Shown here: piece by piece, positions 62,069 to 64,000 of the stretch
How the letters are laid out: the number at the start of each line of letters is the position of its first letter
Position numbering within the stretch: position 1 is the first letter of the stretch
Source: Acidobacteriota bacterium
Lineage (GTDB): Bacteria > Acidobacteriota > UBA890 > WLXD01
Assembly (NCBI GenBank): GCA_965205505.1
Contig: CBDBHB010000009.1
Coordinates: forward strand, 1,408,001 to 1,472,000
Reading direction: 5' to 3'
Length of the DNA: 64,000 nucleotides
Position numbers and translations under genes: made by a program
Notes under the pieces: generated by a model
Told to the model about the DNA's origin: nothing
The model's input: only the letters and a program-made list of their open reading frames with translations
The model's database searches: none

Positions 62069-62719
62069 CTAGTGGTGCTCGCCAGGGTCGGGCAGCGCCC
62101 CGACGAACTCCGCTGCTGCGTCGAGGGCCTCTTGGAGGTTGCCTGCCAGCGTGCGGCCCGACTTCACACGAGGCTTGAACGAGTGGTCGCCGTCTGCCAG
62201 CCAGCGCATCGAGATCGCCGCCGACAGACCGTAGTGTTCTACCTCGCCGGGCGTGCCGAACGGGTCGCGCGTGCCCTGGAGAACGAGAGTTGGCGTGCGT
62301 AGGTCGACCAGGTGCGCGGTCCGGAGCTTCTTGGGCCGGCCGGGCGGATGGAATGGGTAACCCAGACACAAGAGCCCTCGGGCGGTGACTTCGTCGGCCA
62401 CCATGCTGGCAATGCGGCCGCCCATCGACTTGCCTCCGATGACCAGCCTTTGCCCGCCGCCCAGCGCCTCGACTGCCGCACGCCACGTATCGAGGAGCGT
62501 CGCCGGGCGATCCAGTCCGCCGCGCTTGCCGGTCTCACGCCTACGTCTCATGTAGGGGAATTCAAATCGGGCGACGTGAAGTCCGCGCTCGACCAGCCCG
62601 GCCGCGAAGCCATTCATCCAGGCGGAGTCCATACCGGCACCGGCACCATGAGCCAGGACCACTGTGTGGTTGTCGGGCATGCCGTCGAAGACGAAGTCGT
62701 CCACAGTCATCCCGTGCAT
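62069..62719 (-). CDS. Alpha/beta hydrolase family protein
   Basis: LAHGAGAGMD, GGKSMGGR, GYPFHPPG, QGTRDPFG, GDHS. Confidence 0.88.
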   Translation of the reverse strand: MHGMTVDDFVFDGMPDNHTVVLAHGAGAGMDSAWMNGFAAGLVERGLHVARFEFPYMRRRRETGKRGGLDRPATLLDTWRAAVEALGGGQRLVIGGKSMGGRIASMVADEVTARGLLCLGYPFHPPGRPKKLRTAHLVDLRTPTLVLQGTRDPFGTPGEVEHYGLSAAISMRWLADGDHSFKPRVKSGRTLAGNLQEALDAAAEFVGALPDPGEHH

Positions 62720-62813
62720 TGTGGGTCGCGCCGAAACGCGCGTCCAGCGTGGATGCTCGCGGAAACTCAGCGCCCCGGTTGAGCAAAGACCCTAAGACGG
62801 TTCGCAGAGCCAG

Positions 62814-63783
62814 TGACCCCACCCCGAAATCAGTACCAGTCAGAGGTTTAGGATTCGGTGTTCCGAAGCCTCCGGTTGCCAGCCCCTGGCGAACTCCGTA
62901 GGAGTTCGATCGTTCAGTGAGCTGTGTGGTCTGTGGGTATTGTAATCAAGCCTCCAACTCCAGTTTTCGGCGCGCGTCATCGATCGAGAAGAACAGGTTG
63001 GCGTTGAGGCATTCGTCGCGAAGCCGTCCGTTGAAACTCTCGATGAACGCATTCTCCACGGGCTTTCCCGGCCGAATGAACTCCAACTGCACGCCTCTCC
63101 GGTACGCCCAGGAGTCCATCGCCTGGGAGTAGAATTCTGAGCCATTGTCGACGGTGATGACCCGTGGCAACGGCCCGGCAAACGACAGCCGCTCGAGTGC
63201 CCAGCCACCGCCTTGCCGGTCATCGACACGCCCGGCTCAAGTAACGGACATTCACGGCTAAACTGATCGACCACCGTCAGCACCCGAAACGGCCGGCCAC
63301 TCTCGAGCCGATCGGTCACGAACCATGCTCCAGCGCTCGTTGGGCCGCTCTGCGGGCGGCAGCACAAGCCGTATGTGACTCGCCCGCTTGCGCCGTCGCT
63401 TTTTGGTCCGTACCTCCAGCCCCTCCTCTCGATAGATCCGATACACGCGCTTCTGGTTCACTACCCATCCCTCGCGGCGTAGCAACACGCACAACCTCCG
63501 ATACCCGAACCGCGGACGCGCCGCGGCGAGCTCGCCAAGACGACGCCGCAGCACGGGGTCGTCCGTCCTTGTGCTCTGATACCGATGGCTGGTGCGCGAC
63601 AACTCGATCAGCCGACACGCTCGACGCTCACTGACACGGAACCCGTCCTGCAGGTACCGCACCACCTCGCGCTTGCGCGCCGGCTTCACACCTTTTTTGA
63701 CAGCACCTCCTGGAGCATGTGCTTGTCCAAGCTCAGATCTGCCACCAGCTGCTTCAACTTCCGGTTCTCATGGCGGAGTCTCG
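62814..63783 (-). mobile_element. IS3-family (IS407-like) element, truncated, with frameshifted orfB
   Basis: orfA tail ENRKLKQLVADLSLDK; AAAAAAG slip site at 63692-63698; orf[38 protein letters not shown] split over frames; terminal TGACCCCACCCCGAAATCAGTACCA. Confidence 0.9.
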
Positions 63784-64000
63784 GCCACGGGGCTTCGGTG
63801 GTGCTCGCTCATGCTCGGCGCACGCCATTGCCACGGTCGCTTTCGTCAGGTTCGCAGAGCCCGGGTCTTCCGCAAACGTCGGCTGACGTACCGTACGCGA
63901 GGATGTGAATGCAGGAGCGCTCCTGACGCTGGCGGCCGGGGCGATCTTCGGGATCGCACAGGGCCTGCTGCTCGTTTTCGTCGGGGCCTCGGTGGGTGCT

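Noticed and set aside
63790-63910. Minus-strand HILAYGTSADV fragment resembling an AmmeMemoRadiSam protein B tail
   Set aside because: Too short and at the window edge; similarity does not continue.

Overview
High-GC bacterial DNA. PadR plus a duplicated orphan ABC permease (ADOP) and expanded Ser/Thr kinase-PD40 propeller genes suggest Acidobacteriota or Gemmatimonadota (inference). Left part (1-32.2 kb): a mosaic accessory region where intact cargo genes (esterase, sulfatase-like protein, two SpdH-like flavoproteins, PLP decarboxylase, solitary ectC, Tat-signal Rieske oxygenase, Tat-signal DAO-family oxidase, PadR/ADOP, tandem cupin) alternate with about nine 5', internal or 3' stubs of one kinase-propeller gene family. 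It also holds a 4-copy promoter module, three tandem full-length but disrupted kinase-propeller genes, a 150-bp direct repeat around the decarboxylase next to a tRNA 3' remnant, and several orphan gene tails. Middle (32-42 kb): Gfo/Idh/MocA oxidoreductase, DUF3303, BNR/VPS10 propeller protein, lipoprotein agmatinase-family enzyme, serine hydrolase, cupin, DoxX, desaturase. Right part (42-62.7 kb): intact nine-gene MoxR-vWA-DUF58-DUF4159 operon, MerR-HTH/TPR-Ku and LigD (NHEJ), an alpha/beta hydrolase, then a decayed IS3-family element. Best candidate for an undescribed system: conserved kinase gene ends acting as recurrent junctions in a cargo-capturing array; assembly artefact must be excluded first. 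All family calls come from motif recognition by eye, not database searches.
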